NCBI RefSeq assembly: GCF_001194135.2
Contig: NC_068999.1
Coordinates: 2,600,835-2,634,143, forward strand
Direction: 5' to 3'
Origin: Octopus bimaculoides
Lineage: Eukaryota
DNA length: 33,309 bases
Both the position numbers and the translations under genes were made by a program. Below the pieces are notes generated by a model that was given only the letters and a program-made list of their open reading frames with translations, did no database searches and was not told the DNA's origin. Below are positions 11,535 to 22,312 of this stretch, one piece after another; positions within the stretch are counted from its first letter, which is position 1, and every line of letters begins with the position of its first letter.

Positions 11535-11690
11535 TAGATGTTAAAAACGGTAACCAAGTTTCTCTCACCCTTCCATCATCGTCTTAGAAAAATAACATTG
11601 AATAATCCGACTAAATACTAAATAGACGGGATTGCCATGGCTGGAATATTGGCCAACTGGATCAAGGCTGACCTGAGGCTAAATAATATC
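11535..11690 (+). mobile_element. Degenerate 3' fragment of a probable SINE (related to 26460-26650)
   Basis: ...GCCATGGCTGGAAT...GATCAAGGCTGACCTGAGGCTAAATAAT ends like GATGGTCACGTCTGGAG...GGTGAGGCTAAAACAAC at 26577-26645. Identity is low. Confidence 0.3.
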
Positions 11691-11812
11691 GAAGACTTAT
11701 TCATGATTTCTCTGCACAATGTCTTCTTTATTTGTTTGAAGCTGCATTGTATTAATTTCAGCTTCTTACGTTTGTTCTGTAAAAATACATCTCTCTCTCT
11801 TTTCTTGTTATT

Positions 11813-11995
11813 GTAGAATGGTTAGAGCATTGGATAAAATGATTAGCAGCAATTCTCTCGCTGAGTTCAAATTCCACCAAGGTCGACTTTCATCCTTTCG
11901 GAGTCAATAAATTAAGTACCAGTTGCGTACTGGGTCGATCTAATCGACTGGTCACCTCCCCCAAAATTTCGGGACTTGTATCTAGAGTAGAGAAG

Positions 11996-12026
<31 letters not shown>
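11813..12026 (+). mobile_element. SINE family B, copy 1 of the tandem trimer, with (ATT)n tail
   Basis: A-box-like GTAGAATGGTTAGAGC, B-box GAGTTCAAATTCC, core GGTCGACTTTCATCCTTTCGGAGTCAATAAATTAAGTACCAG, tail (ATT)~10. Confidence 0.9.
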
Positions 12027-12198
12027 GCAAGCCGGACAAAATGCTTAGCAGCATTTCGTCAGTCTCTACGTTTTGAGTTCAAATACCGCCGGGGTCGACT
12101 TTGCATTTCATTCTTTTCGGGGTGGATCTAGTCGAGTTGCTCCCTTCTCCAAAATATCAGGCCTTGTCTCTATGGTAGAAAAGATTATTATTATTATT
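12027..12198 (+). mobile_element. SINE family B, copy 2 of the tandem trimer
   Basis: CCGGACAAAATGCTTAGCAGCATTTCG...GAGTTCAAATACCGCCGGGGTCGACTTTGCATTTCAT...GGCCTTGTCTCTATGGTAGAAAAG(ATT)n; has an internal deletion. Confidence 0.88.
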
Positions 12199-12390
12199 CG
12201 CTCGTCGGACAAAATGCTTTGCAGGATTTTTTTCCGGCTTTACGTTCTAAGTTCAAATTCTGCATAGGTCGACTTTTTACTATTACCCTTCGGGATCGAT
12301 AAAATAAGTACCATTTAGCACCGAAGTCTATGTAATCGACTAGCTCCCCCTCCCCACAAAATCCCAACCTTTGTGCCTATAGTAGAAAGG

Positions 12391-12441
<51 letters not shown>
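12199..12441 (+). mobile_element. SINE family B, copy 3 of the tandem trimer, with a long (ATT)n tail
   Basis: TCGGACAAAATGCTTTGCAGG...AAGTTCAAATTCTG...GGTCGACTTT...GATCGATAAAATAAGTACC...CCTTTGTGCCTATAGTAGAAAGG(ATT)~16. Confidence 0.88.
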
Positions 12442-12482
12442 TCGGGCATATATACAAACTAATATGTTTATACATACAAACC

Positions 12483-12485
<3 letters not shown>

Positions 12486-12528
<43 letters not shown>
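12486..12528. repeat. (GT)n microsatellite
   Basis: Direct reading. Confidence 0.97.
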
Positions 12529-12531
<3 letters not shown>

Positions 12532-14164
12532 CTAATGCTATTTCCGGTTCAGAAAATTATATTATCAGTTGTTAATGTGTTAACAAACTCAACAACCTAA
12601 TATTAATACAGATGCACATACATACATATACATACACACATATATAAATACACCACATATACAAAAATCCAAACATCTCAGCCACATACACAAAGACATA
12701 CAAACACACAGACACATTCACATAGCAGGAACAATGGTAACAACGATAGTTTACACAGAGGTGCACCTTCCTCTTACAGCTCTCTCTCCCTACCACTGTA
12801 ATTCCTCCTCCTACCACATCTATGTTATCCTTCGTTACCTCCCTCTTTCCCCTCTTTATATTATCCTCTCCCCTCAGGCTCCATTCATCCAGAGATGTTC
12901 TCTGTGTTTATACAAACGCAGGAACACATTGGTTATTTGCTTTTCTTATTTGCCAGGAATAAACAAGCGATTATCGTTTTCCTCTCATTACATGAAACAA
13001 AAGCGAGGAGAACGAGACTGACAAATCGGAGAGAAGAAGAGAATGTGTGAAACAAATTATAGAAAGGAAGAAAATAAAATAAAACTACAAGAAATATGAA
13101 AAAAAACAAAAAAAAAACGGAAAAGGAAGAAACAACATGAATGAATGAAAAATGAAAATAAAATAGAGTAAAATAATTGTGAAAAAACAACGACAAACAG
13201 CATCGTCATCAACAGTAACAACAACACTACTGACATCATCAGTAATAACATTGACAATGTTAAAGCAAATAAATAAGACTGCCGGTGATTTAAAAGGTGA
13301 TAATATATCTACAACATACAAACAAAATGAATAGGAAAAGCCTAAACGATGGAAGTCGCTAGTTATGTCGTCTGCCATGGAGCTGTAGATAGTCTTCCGT
13401 GCTATTGATTACATACCATATTTGTTCTATTGTTTGTCATTGTTCATTCTTCATCTGCTTCAAACATGGCGGTTTTTGTGAGGATTGCTGGCTAAAGATG
13501 GTGGCGTTATCGATTTTACTTGATGACAACTTGCAATGAATTGTCCGCCCATTAGCCGTGGTCGTTTAAAAGATTGTTGTTTGGTTTGCTCTTCACTGCT
13601 GAATCTATGAAGCCATAATGAAGACCTACCAGCCTAGAGACAGTATCCATTAAATTATAATTAAAAGTTAATTTAGAAAAAGAAAAGAAAAAGAAAGAGA
13701 CAAATTGTTTGTTGATTTAGATATCGTGTTGAGTGCAAACATTTACTGCGCGTCTTGGGTCACGTGTGACTCGGTATATGCTATTTAAGGGAGATACTTC
13801 AACAGATTAATAAAGTTAACATATGTGGACCGAATGACCAACTACTTATTAAGATTACAATAGCGGTGACATTGTCTTTTAATTACTAACAAAATAGCAA
13901 TTAATAAAAGGAACGGCGCTCAACTCATTCATAGAACACTTCCAAAATGTTCGGGTTCGAATATTGATGTTTCCTTTATTTAAACCCTTCCCTTTAATAT
14001 GATATAGGCGTTAACTTAATTATTTCACAAACTACTTAACTCCATAAATTGGATCTTTCTGATTTGACGGGCAACACTTTTCATTTATGTTTTATGTAGT
14101 GTTTTTGGTCCCGAAACACTTTCAAACTTCGTATACTTGTATATTTTGTGTTTTGAACAGATAA

Positions 14165-15155
14165 AGATTTTTGTATTCGAAGTTATTTCATGTCAAAAAT
14201 TGTCTTATTCAGAAAGATCCCATAAATTTGTTGGTTAATTTCATTTTCCACAGTCTTAAGCAGACGATAGGCGAATTTCACCCCAGCCAGAATGCTAGTC
14301 TGTTTTAGGTAGCTTCCCGCATATATTCGATATCTAATCCTACAGAGAAGCAAAATGAAGAAGTAGATAATCCAGCTAATGTAGAAATTGCTCAAGAAAA
14401 GAAACAAGAGTTGACTGCATTGACTAATCACTAGCTTGACTTTTATATTTATAATGAAAAGAAAGATGTCTTGTTTAGCAGTTTTACAGTATTTGAAGGG
14501 AGAGATGCGACTGAAGAGAGTTTTACAGTATTTTGCAGATAGGAAAGTGATAAAAGGAAGTTAAACGATGAAGCAACGTCAAAAAGATATGTAATCTTCA
14601 TATCCAACTGTATCAGTTTTAAGTTTAAATTGTCGGTGAGCAAACCAACTTTCCACAGTGACACTTCATCTCTCCTCTATCCCTCATATGTACTCCTTTC
14701 TTCTACATTTATTATCTACTTTCTGCTTGGCGTCTCATCTTTCTCACAATCTAAGCAGTTTCTTCATTAGCGTAAGCTTCCGCCCATAACTTTCCATCAA
14801 GCCAGATCTATTAGAAACATGATATTCTTTGCCTTTCACTAATTTTGACTTGGCTATTGATAACTTCGACCGACTCAAATTTGGACATGACAACTGGATT
14901 TTACCCTACCTCTCTAGAACTCCCTCCACAGCCCGTTGTTCTTTTCAGATACCTGACTTAGACAATTGAGATTGGTTGGTGTTCAGTGTTGAATATCTCT
15001 AAGAAGACCTGCAAACATACCGAACAATGCACCACTACCACTCCCGAGGACAATTTTCTCTTTGGCCGTTTTTCTCAGATCTCAACAATCGAACTAACGA
15101 GTTAACTAAACTCCTTCATATCCCTCTCCCACAAAGAAACAAGTGTATACGTTGA
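14165..15155 (+). pseudogene. Unidentified coding-like relic (two long frames with few stops)
   Basis: Frame 14165-14770 has 3 internal TAG in about 200 codons. Frame 14823-15155 has 2 internal stops in about 110 codons. No family recognised. Confidence 0.3.
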
Positions 15156-15984
15156 CTACATTAAGTACATAGAATAAGTTTATTACAGCAGTAGAAATTC
15201 ACACTAAAAAATACCACACAAATAAATAAATAATATCGAAGCATGTTCTATTTATCTAATTCTGATATACTGAAAAACATGGTGCCCTAATCTCTTATTT
15301 ACGAAACTATTATCTGTACATATAATTTTCAAACCAATTGTTATATTCTCTGAGTTATTTGCAATTGTGTGTTAAATAGCTTTATATCATTGTTGCTTTC
15401 CCATTCTATTTTACCATTTGTAATTGCCAGTTATTTTATGGTAAGACATTAATAGCTCTGTAGATCTCTCATTAATATCAATGAAGTAGCAAATGCTGCA
15501 CAAGTTACAATGGCGTTTCAGCAAAGATTCTCTGTAGAGCATTGCTATCCGAGGATCATATAACTCAATAGGAGGCAACTATTTGCATTTTTATCTAACA
15601 TTTATCCTTTTACGTACAATAGTATTGCCGTCGTGTCTTAATACTTTCATCAACAAAGAAATTAAACGAGAAAAACTAAGATAGCAAAAAAATTATCTAC
15701 TTATAGATATATCATCCTTAACTGCAATAATCGAGAAACCAAATCTGCTTTCATTATTTTTATTTTCTTGAGCTTTCCTTGATTCCCATCACCAACAAAG
15801 CAACTGCTATCAGAAACAACGCAAACACATGGCGGTATCTTAACATGCTTTCAATTCCCTTAAAGAAGACGTTTATGGAGCCATTATAATCAGCAAAATA
15901 TCCGCATTATCACAACACGGCTTTTACTGCAGAGATTCACAAGTGGCATTCATCGACCTCTTTACATAAAATGTTGATTCTGAA

Positions 15985-16110
15985 CTGTTTATAACAACAA
16001 CAACAACAACAACAACAGTAAAAACAACTGAGTCAGTGATAAAAAGAACATCACGATTGTTGTTAACAAGAACAACAGCAGAAACAACAACAACAACAAC
16101 CATCACAACA
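15985..16110. repeat. Interrupted (AAC)n trinucleotide repeats
   Basis: Direct reading. Confidence 0.85.
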
Positions 16111-16144
16111 ACACAGACATGATTAATTAGTTAATATTTTAAGA

Positions 16145-16265
16145 CCGGCAGATTGAGGTGTCGTTAGAGTGTCCGACAAAATACCTCGCAATTGGGACCA
16201 GCTATCGACCTGCCGAGGTCGATAAAGTAAATCGACAGTGAAATATTGGGGTATATTTGACTACT
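16145..16265 (+). mobile_element. Internally deleted SINE family B fragment
   Basis: TCGTTAGAGTGTCCGACAAAATACCTCGC...CGAGGTCGATAAAGTAA...ATATTGGGGTATATTTGACT. Confidence 0.55.
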
Positions 16266-16789
16266 GTTCTGTAACCGGCATGCAATGGGTTAAGCTTATA
16301 AAGGAGAGACTAAAGCCCTTCAAGTGACGCCCCACAAACCCCAATAATCTTGTGGGATCAATGCAATTAAACGAAGATCAAACTAAAAGCTCCAGTGGCC
16401 CCAACGAAATCTATGTATCGATATCTGTAACTCTCCTCGAGACTTGACATCGGCAGCGAAAAGTTGAAGTTTTGAGAGAGAAAATACGAGAGGTTTTACA
16501 CTGCAGTGAAAGACAAAAATGGTTGTTTTGATTGATATTTTAAAGAACAGGAAAACTATTAAAAATATCAATGTATGACGGAACGTATTCTTATGTGCAA
16601 CAGCAGCGGCTGTGATGAAACTACTGTATATTCTACAGAGCGTGGAAGTGGTTATGTTTAATGCATTTTATCACGTCTCACAATATTTTATGTCCAGTAA
16701 TTTACGATGAATTCTTTCCATCCCCGCATTATCATCCATCACCACCATCACCGTTTATTATGAAGGAACACTTATTAAGAAGGAACATC

Positions 16790-17352
16790 ATGAGAATTTA
16801 CCAGGAGTAACAGAACAGTGAGGCTTATTATAAAAAGGATTAACTGGACCATTCTTCTTTTGTATTGTGACTGGTCCCATTTAGTTAAACTTGCTGTGAT
16901 AATCTGTCACGTCAAACATTCAAGAAGACTTTGAAGATGTGGAGCCATATTTCTGCAAGATGGGACTCCCATACATTGCTATTGCTATAGTAAGAGTCTA
17001 CTTTGGGTGAGATTTTTGCCAAACAGATGGGTTGAACAAAGAGGTTTATTTAGAATGCCTTCTGCATTCATCAGACTTTTTCAATGAGGGTACTTAAACA
17101 TTCACGTTTTGGGTCTTAAGCCAGCAATAGTTGAAGGATTTAGGGGAGCATTCTGAATACGGATGCACAAAAATACCAAACGAAAGCGGCCCGGAACAAA
17201 ACGATCATCAATTTGAAAACAAACGTTTATATTAAAAAAAAAATAATAAAATTCTGTGAACTGATTCAATGAAATTTAGGAAACAAGAAATATTTTTGTA
17301 AGCACTGACTTTAGAATCATCCAATGTGCATATGCATCTTTGGACCACCCTG
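16790..17352 (+). mobile_element. Decayed Tc1/mariner-superfamily transposon, DD41D(rosa)/maT-like, 3' part with TIR
   Basis: Broken translation LPGVT...GLTGPFFFCIVTGPI*LNLL...FLQDGTPY...FLPNRWVEQRGL...SSDF follows the pattern GIIGPFFF...FQQDGAPPH...FPNRWIGRRG..WP.RSPDL..DFFLWGYLK. It ends in TGGACCACCCTG|TA (reverse complement CAGGGTGGTCCA) with a TA target. Confidence 0.85.
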
Positions 17353-17420
17353 TATACATACATACATACATAATACAATATATACATATGCATACATACA
17401 TAATGCATACATACAAACAT

Positions 17421-17584
17421 ACGCAGACGTGGCTGTGTGGTAAGTAGCTTGCTTACTAACCACATGGTTCCGGGTTCAGTCCCACCGCGTGGCACCTTGG
17501 GCAAGTGTCTTCTACTATAGCCTCGGGCCGACCAAAGCCTTGTGAGTGGATTTGGTAGACGGAAACTGAAAGAAGCCCGTCGTA

Positions 17585-17641
<57 letters not shown>

Positions 17642-17830
17642 TTGTGTGTCTGTCCACCCACCATCGCTTGACAACCGATGTTGGTGTGTTTACGTCCCCG
17701 TAACCTAGCGGTTCGGCAATAAGAGACCGATAGAATAAGTACTGGGCTTCCAAAGAATAAGTCCTGGGGTCGATTTTCTCGACTAAAGGCGGTGCTCCAG
17801 CATGGCCGCAGTCAAGTAAAAGAATAAAAA
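17421..17830 (+). mobile_element. Full-length SINE family A (tRNA head, CORE-like segment, internal (TA)n)
   Basis: Head GGCTGTGTGGTAAG...B-box GGGTTCAGTCCC; CORE-like GGCACCTTGGGCAAGTGTCTT; internal (TA)n at 17580-17632; 3' end GGCGGTGCTCCAGCATGGCCGCAGTC. At least six related copies or fragments occur in the window. It resembles octopus OR-type CORE-SINEs from recall. Confidence 0.93.
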
Positions 17831-18794
17831 GAGAGAGTATACAATACATACATACATACATATATACATACATACATACATATACATACATACACACATT
17901 TTCACTCTTCCCACACATTTATACATATGCATTGATATATTTCACCAGTAAAATTCAAATTAAAAATTAATATTCTGCGTGTTAATTATTAAATGATGCG
18001 AACTATTTATTATCCTGCTAAAAATGAATGTTGTTTGTCTCGGATGGAGCTTTATTAGCAAAACAGGTTTACCTTCATTATTAACTTGATCTGGGAAAAC
18101 TACAAAACATACAGCAGTCACTTAATGAACAGTTTTCTTCTTGTTTACTATATTTTGGATTGTAGCATTAATTAAACTTGTTTTTACTTTTAAATTAGTG
18201 TTCTGTATGGTCGATGTCCTTAAGCTGCCAATATGAATCACTTTCCAAATCAGACATTTTATATGCATTTTGTTCCTCCTTGAAACAGTATTCCGAAATT
18301 GTAATTCTTGAAATCTAATCAAATATTATGTTTTGTCAGGCTGCAACAATGGATTGGTGGATTGCAAAAAGGCATTTAATTGTTTTGGAATATTGCGACA
18401 ACTCCTTTCGGATTTTCAAATTTACTACTTGTAAAATTGGCGCACAAATTTAAAGTGCAATACAAGACATGTGACACTTTACATAGAATTCCGGGTTGTA
18501 TTCTGTTAACTGAATTTATAGCTAATTTTATAATTTTTGTTGCAAGTTGTTATTCCAGTTGCATTTACTGGAGGTAAAAGATATTTTCGTCTTTGCACGC
18601 ATTTCACAAGTTAAAAAATTTTTTCACATTTAAGATTTAGACGTTTTTTATCTCTCGGCTCTTTAGAAGCTTATCTATCTATAGTAGTTAATATCTACGG
18701 ATTTCTTGTATGTATGGTAGTATCTATCTATCTGTCTATCTATCTATCTATCTATCTATCTGCCAATCTCACTCTCTCTCGCTCTCTCTATCAT

Positions 18795-18945
18795 TATTAT
18801 TAGCAGTGGAGTGACCGAAACAATAGAAATGCCTTGTGGTACTTAGTTACACCTCTTTACGTTCAGATTTCGCCAGGAAAAATTTTCATTATAATACCAG
18901 TCACGTACTAGGGTCGAGCGTAACCTCCCCACCCAAGTATACATT
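18795..18945 (+). mobile_element. Degenerate SINE family B copy downstream of a short (ATT)n
   Basis: TTTACGTTCAGATTTCGCCAGG...TACCAGTCACGTACTAGGGTCGA...CCTCCCCACC. Confidence 0.5.
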
Positions 18946-19299
18946 AGCAATATTTACACACATTGCGAGATGACCATCCCCAAATTGACAAGAACAGGGA
19001 CCTGACACAAGGGTGGTATTCGGAAAGACGTAAACAATAACTCAACCACCACCACTAATTACGACGGCAGCCACTTCAACTACAACAACAATGACAACAC
19101 ACCACTTTCCTCGCCATCGACCCTTCCTGCCAATACTCCCATGATAATGATCTCAACTATGGATCGTACGGAAACTAGAACGAATGGATTAAATGTAATT
19201 TTACACATCACCAACAATACCATGACCACCGCCTCTTTGTTGTTCGCTGGCACCACCATCATCATCATCACCATCAACTGTAATAACAACGTGAACAGC

Positions 19300-20089
19300 T
19301 ACAGCAAGAGTGCTGAAAAGGCTGGTTCCTTTGAAAGAGCCGCCTTTGCACTTGTCTCTAGAACAGAACAGCTAGACCGATCTAAGAGAAGCCAAACGAT
19401 TCATCCGGAGAGATAGCGAAAAGGGAAACGGTTAGTAATNNNNNNNNNNNNNNNNNNNNNNNGGGGGGGGGGGTCGAAAAGACCTCGCACACACTGGTAG
19501 AAAAGTAGCTAAGAGGAATATGGCATCACATTGACTTTGTTAAACCCGACCCCCACATGCAAGATTATACGGGATGAGGCCAAACCCTCATCAAGTTTTC
19601 AAGTTTCACTCGAAAAGAGAAACTTGGATTAAGAAAGCGGTGCTACCTCTTTTACCAGCTTTGCTGAGCAGGATCTGCGTAAACAGAGGGAGAGCAGATC
19701 GAGCATGCGCCTGTAGACTGGAGAAAGACAGCTGAAAGAAGGGGACTTGAGTTAATGGTTAGGGTGACTGTGGATTTCTGGGGTTTCCAGTAGACCTCAA
19801 AGATCTACTTTTGGGCAAGTTTTCTTTGTTTTGGCCTGTTTTTTGAATTTTGTTATTTCTTCTTTACACATTCTTTTATATAATCCCATACTGTATCACT
19901 CTGTACTGTTCTTGCTTCTTTTGTCAACTCTTCCTGAATAATAAAGAAATTATTATTATTATTATTATTATTATCTGATTTCTACTATGCACTGCATAAC
20001 CGAGTGCATCTCTGTGTGTCTTGGCTACCTACAGTGTTTATTTTAAATTTCTTTTCCCTACTTTTCTAGTGTACAGAAAGTACGTAACA
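19300..20089. mobile_element. Possible solo-LTR-like or other unclassified repeat
   Basis: More GC-rich than its flanks, no ORF, AATAATAAAG near the 3' end, ends ...TACGTAACA. No TSD found and the 5' boundary is unclear. Confidence 0.3.
19440..19461. other. Assembly gap (N), followed by a G run
   Basis: Run of N. Confidence 1.
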
Positions 20090-21030
20090 TTAAAGGTATC
20101 CATATTACATCCAGCCCGAGAGATTTCTATCGATGCAAAGCAATTTTACACACTACTTGTATCTCACAGGTAACTAGTAGTCATAAATCTGATCCCTCCC
20201 TCGCAAAACCCACCAAACCAGTCGCGGTCTGCGTTGTCACAATCTAATTAAATATTTTTTTTTTTAAAAGGTAATGTTAGTGTGCTGTTTCAAGCATAGA
20301 CTTTTTTTTCACAGATTTGGCAATCTCATTAATTTTAAATAATTAAAGAATATTAATTTTTTTAAAGAGAAAATCCCAGAGAAAACGCAATAAAAATATC
20401 CGCTAAAAATAGAGAATTAAGAAGAAAATTTCAATATGAAAGGGCTACTTATTCTTTCATAACCTGCTGAAATATAGATGAAACACCGCTGCATTCTATT
20501 CTGTCTTTGTGTGTTTATTGTAGCGGACTCCAAATAATGAACAATCATCACATTATAACCAAACAGGTAAACAAAAAAGAAAAAGGAGAAAAAATCACAA
20601 AGAAAATATATATTGAGCAATAAAACACATGTGGTGCAGGGATTGGTGGAGGCGGCTGTTGTTTGGTTGAGGCTTGTGAAGAATTTATACGCTAAATATC
20701 AATAAACTAACAATACACACTCATTGTTATGATTAGCTGAAAATAAAATCACTCCCAACAACATTTGTATAATTGATTGGCAAAATTGAAATGGAAAAAA
20801 GAAGAAAAGGAAAGAAGCAAGCAATGTCGACGCTTTGTAAATGGTATCGGAGGAGCTTGTTAGCTTGGTGGCAGGCAGCAGACTGGAGCTGACTAATAGA
20901 GAGGTGAAATATTAATTAGCTGAGCAGCGATTAGATTCATTGTAACAACTATTTGAAGATTAATGGGCGATTTATTAGTTCGGCAAATACTGGATCTTTT
21001 CTAGAGACTTTTCATTACACACACACACAC

Positions 21031-21082
<52 letters not shown>

Positions 21083-21264
21083 NNNNNNNNNNNNNNNNNN
21101 NNNNNNNNNNNNNNNNNNNNNNNNNNNNNNNNNNNNNNNNNNNNNNNNNNNNNNNNNNNNNNNNNNNNNNNNNNNNNNNNNNNNNNNNNNNNNNNNNNNN
21201 NNNNNNNNNNNNNNNNNNNNNNNNNNNNNNNNNNNNNNNNNNNNNNNNNNNNNNNNNNNNNNNN
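21083..21264. other. Assembly gap (N) after (TA)n
   Basis: Run of N. Confidence 1.
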
Positions 21265-21370
21265 ATATGTATGTATATACACGAGTGAGTGGACAAACGA
21301 AAGGGTACTGAACACATTTATTGGGAGTTACATGTATGGATCAAGGAGTTTCATTCAAACTATGTTGATC

Positions 21371-21372
<2 letters not shown>

Positions 21373-21424
<52 letters not shown>
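21373..21424. repeat. (CA)n microsatellite
   Basis: Direct reading. Confidence 0.97.
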
Positions 21425-21427
<3 letters not shown>

Positions 21428-21459
21428 ATGTATGTATATATACTGTTTTACGACTTTCT

Positions 21460-21610
21460 CTTAGACATTGGCCCTTGGCCATGCTGGAGCACAGCTTTGA
21501 AAGGGTTTTATCGGTCATATCGATTCCAATGTATATTGTTTTAAAAATCTGTACTTATTTTATTGATCTCTTTGTCGAACCTCTAGATTTCAGAATATGG
21601 ACAGACACCA
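21460..21610 (-). mobile_element. Degenerate 3' half of SINE family A
   Basis: TGGCCATGCTGGAGCACAGCTTTGAA...ATCGATTCC...GTACTTATTTTATTGATCTCTTTTGTCGAACC matches the reverse complement of 17710-17810. Confidence 0.7.
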
Positions 21611-22312
21611 TTTGTCAACTGGTGTCATCGTCATCGTCGTCGTACCAGTTGACAGACAGACACAGAGACACGTTATGGAAGCTGCTACTCACTTCGCTTA
21701 TCCACTAACGGCTGACATCAAAATGTGTATCACATACATTTCTGACATTAAATATAACCAGATCCCAGGTTACAAACAGACATGAACACCATCTTGTCAA
21801 ATTGTGGGAGAGCAGTTTAAGTTTCGTGAATGTCTATTGGCTATCGACAACATTTTTGATAATGGTCTCTAAAGTTCGGAACATATCGATCTCAAGGTAT
21901 TTAGGAAATCCATTCTTACGATGTATGCGTAAGTCTAAATCTTAGTCTACGGTATCGTGGTGATCGGGTTTCGGCAATGGTGTCACGGCTGGATTTAGAA
22001 TAAATATCAACTTGCAATCAATAGCCATTCATGTAGAAAAAGCTTTCAAAATAACGTAAGATTCAGATCAGTCCTGAATCACTGCGAACATGATAAGTAT
22101 CCTTCCTCCCGAGTGGGGTATCTCATCTATTTTACTCTATTCACCTCTTTTGTACCAAACTTGGTAAATGTTTTCCTTCAGTGTGTTCGTATTTAGAAAG
22201 ACACACCGACTCTACCATTGTGTATGTATGTGTGCAAGTGTGTGTGTATGTGTGTATAGACACCCCTGTATACCTCTATATGTAATGTGTATACAATTGT
22301 GTACTACTGTCT

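Noticed and set aside
11813-12441. Repeat-spacer-like periodicity suggesting a CRISPR array
   Set aside because: The units are 170-240 bp diverged SINE copies with (ATT)n tails. There are no identical short repeats with unique spacers, no cas genes, and the context is eukaryotic.
12770-12930. Strong polypyrimidine tract and CAG acceptor at about 12876
   Set aside because: No consensus donor downstream, and the tract is low-complexity CT-rich sequence.
13462-13473. YY1-like AACATGGCGG motif (similar at about 15828), suggesting a promoter
   Set aside because: A single motif with no CpG island or downstream exon evidence.
4385-15880. Several TTTATGG/CCATAAA (Cdx/Abd-B-type) sites
   Set aside because: A rough estimate gives about this many by chance in 30 kb of AT-rich DNA.
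18338-18460. Acceptor TTTTGTCAG plus GLVDCKKAFNC / NLLLVKL, resembling RT motifs
   Set aside because: Motif spacing is wrong, all frames close quickly, and there is no further support.
19080-19416. 69-91 aa ORFs rich in T, N, I and M
   Set aside because: They derive from degenerate (ACC)/(AAC)/(ATC) trinucleotide runs.
21770-21950. Minus-strand DLDLRIHRKNGFPKYLEIDMFR, resembling Penelope-type RT
   Set aside because: Flanking sequence does not continue the expected motifs, so it is too weak to call without a search.
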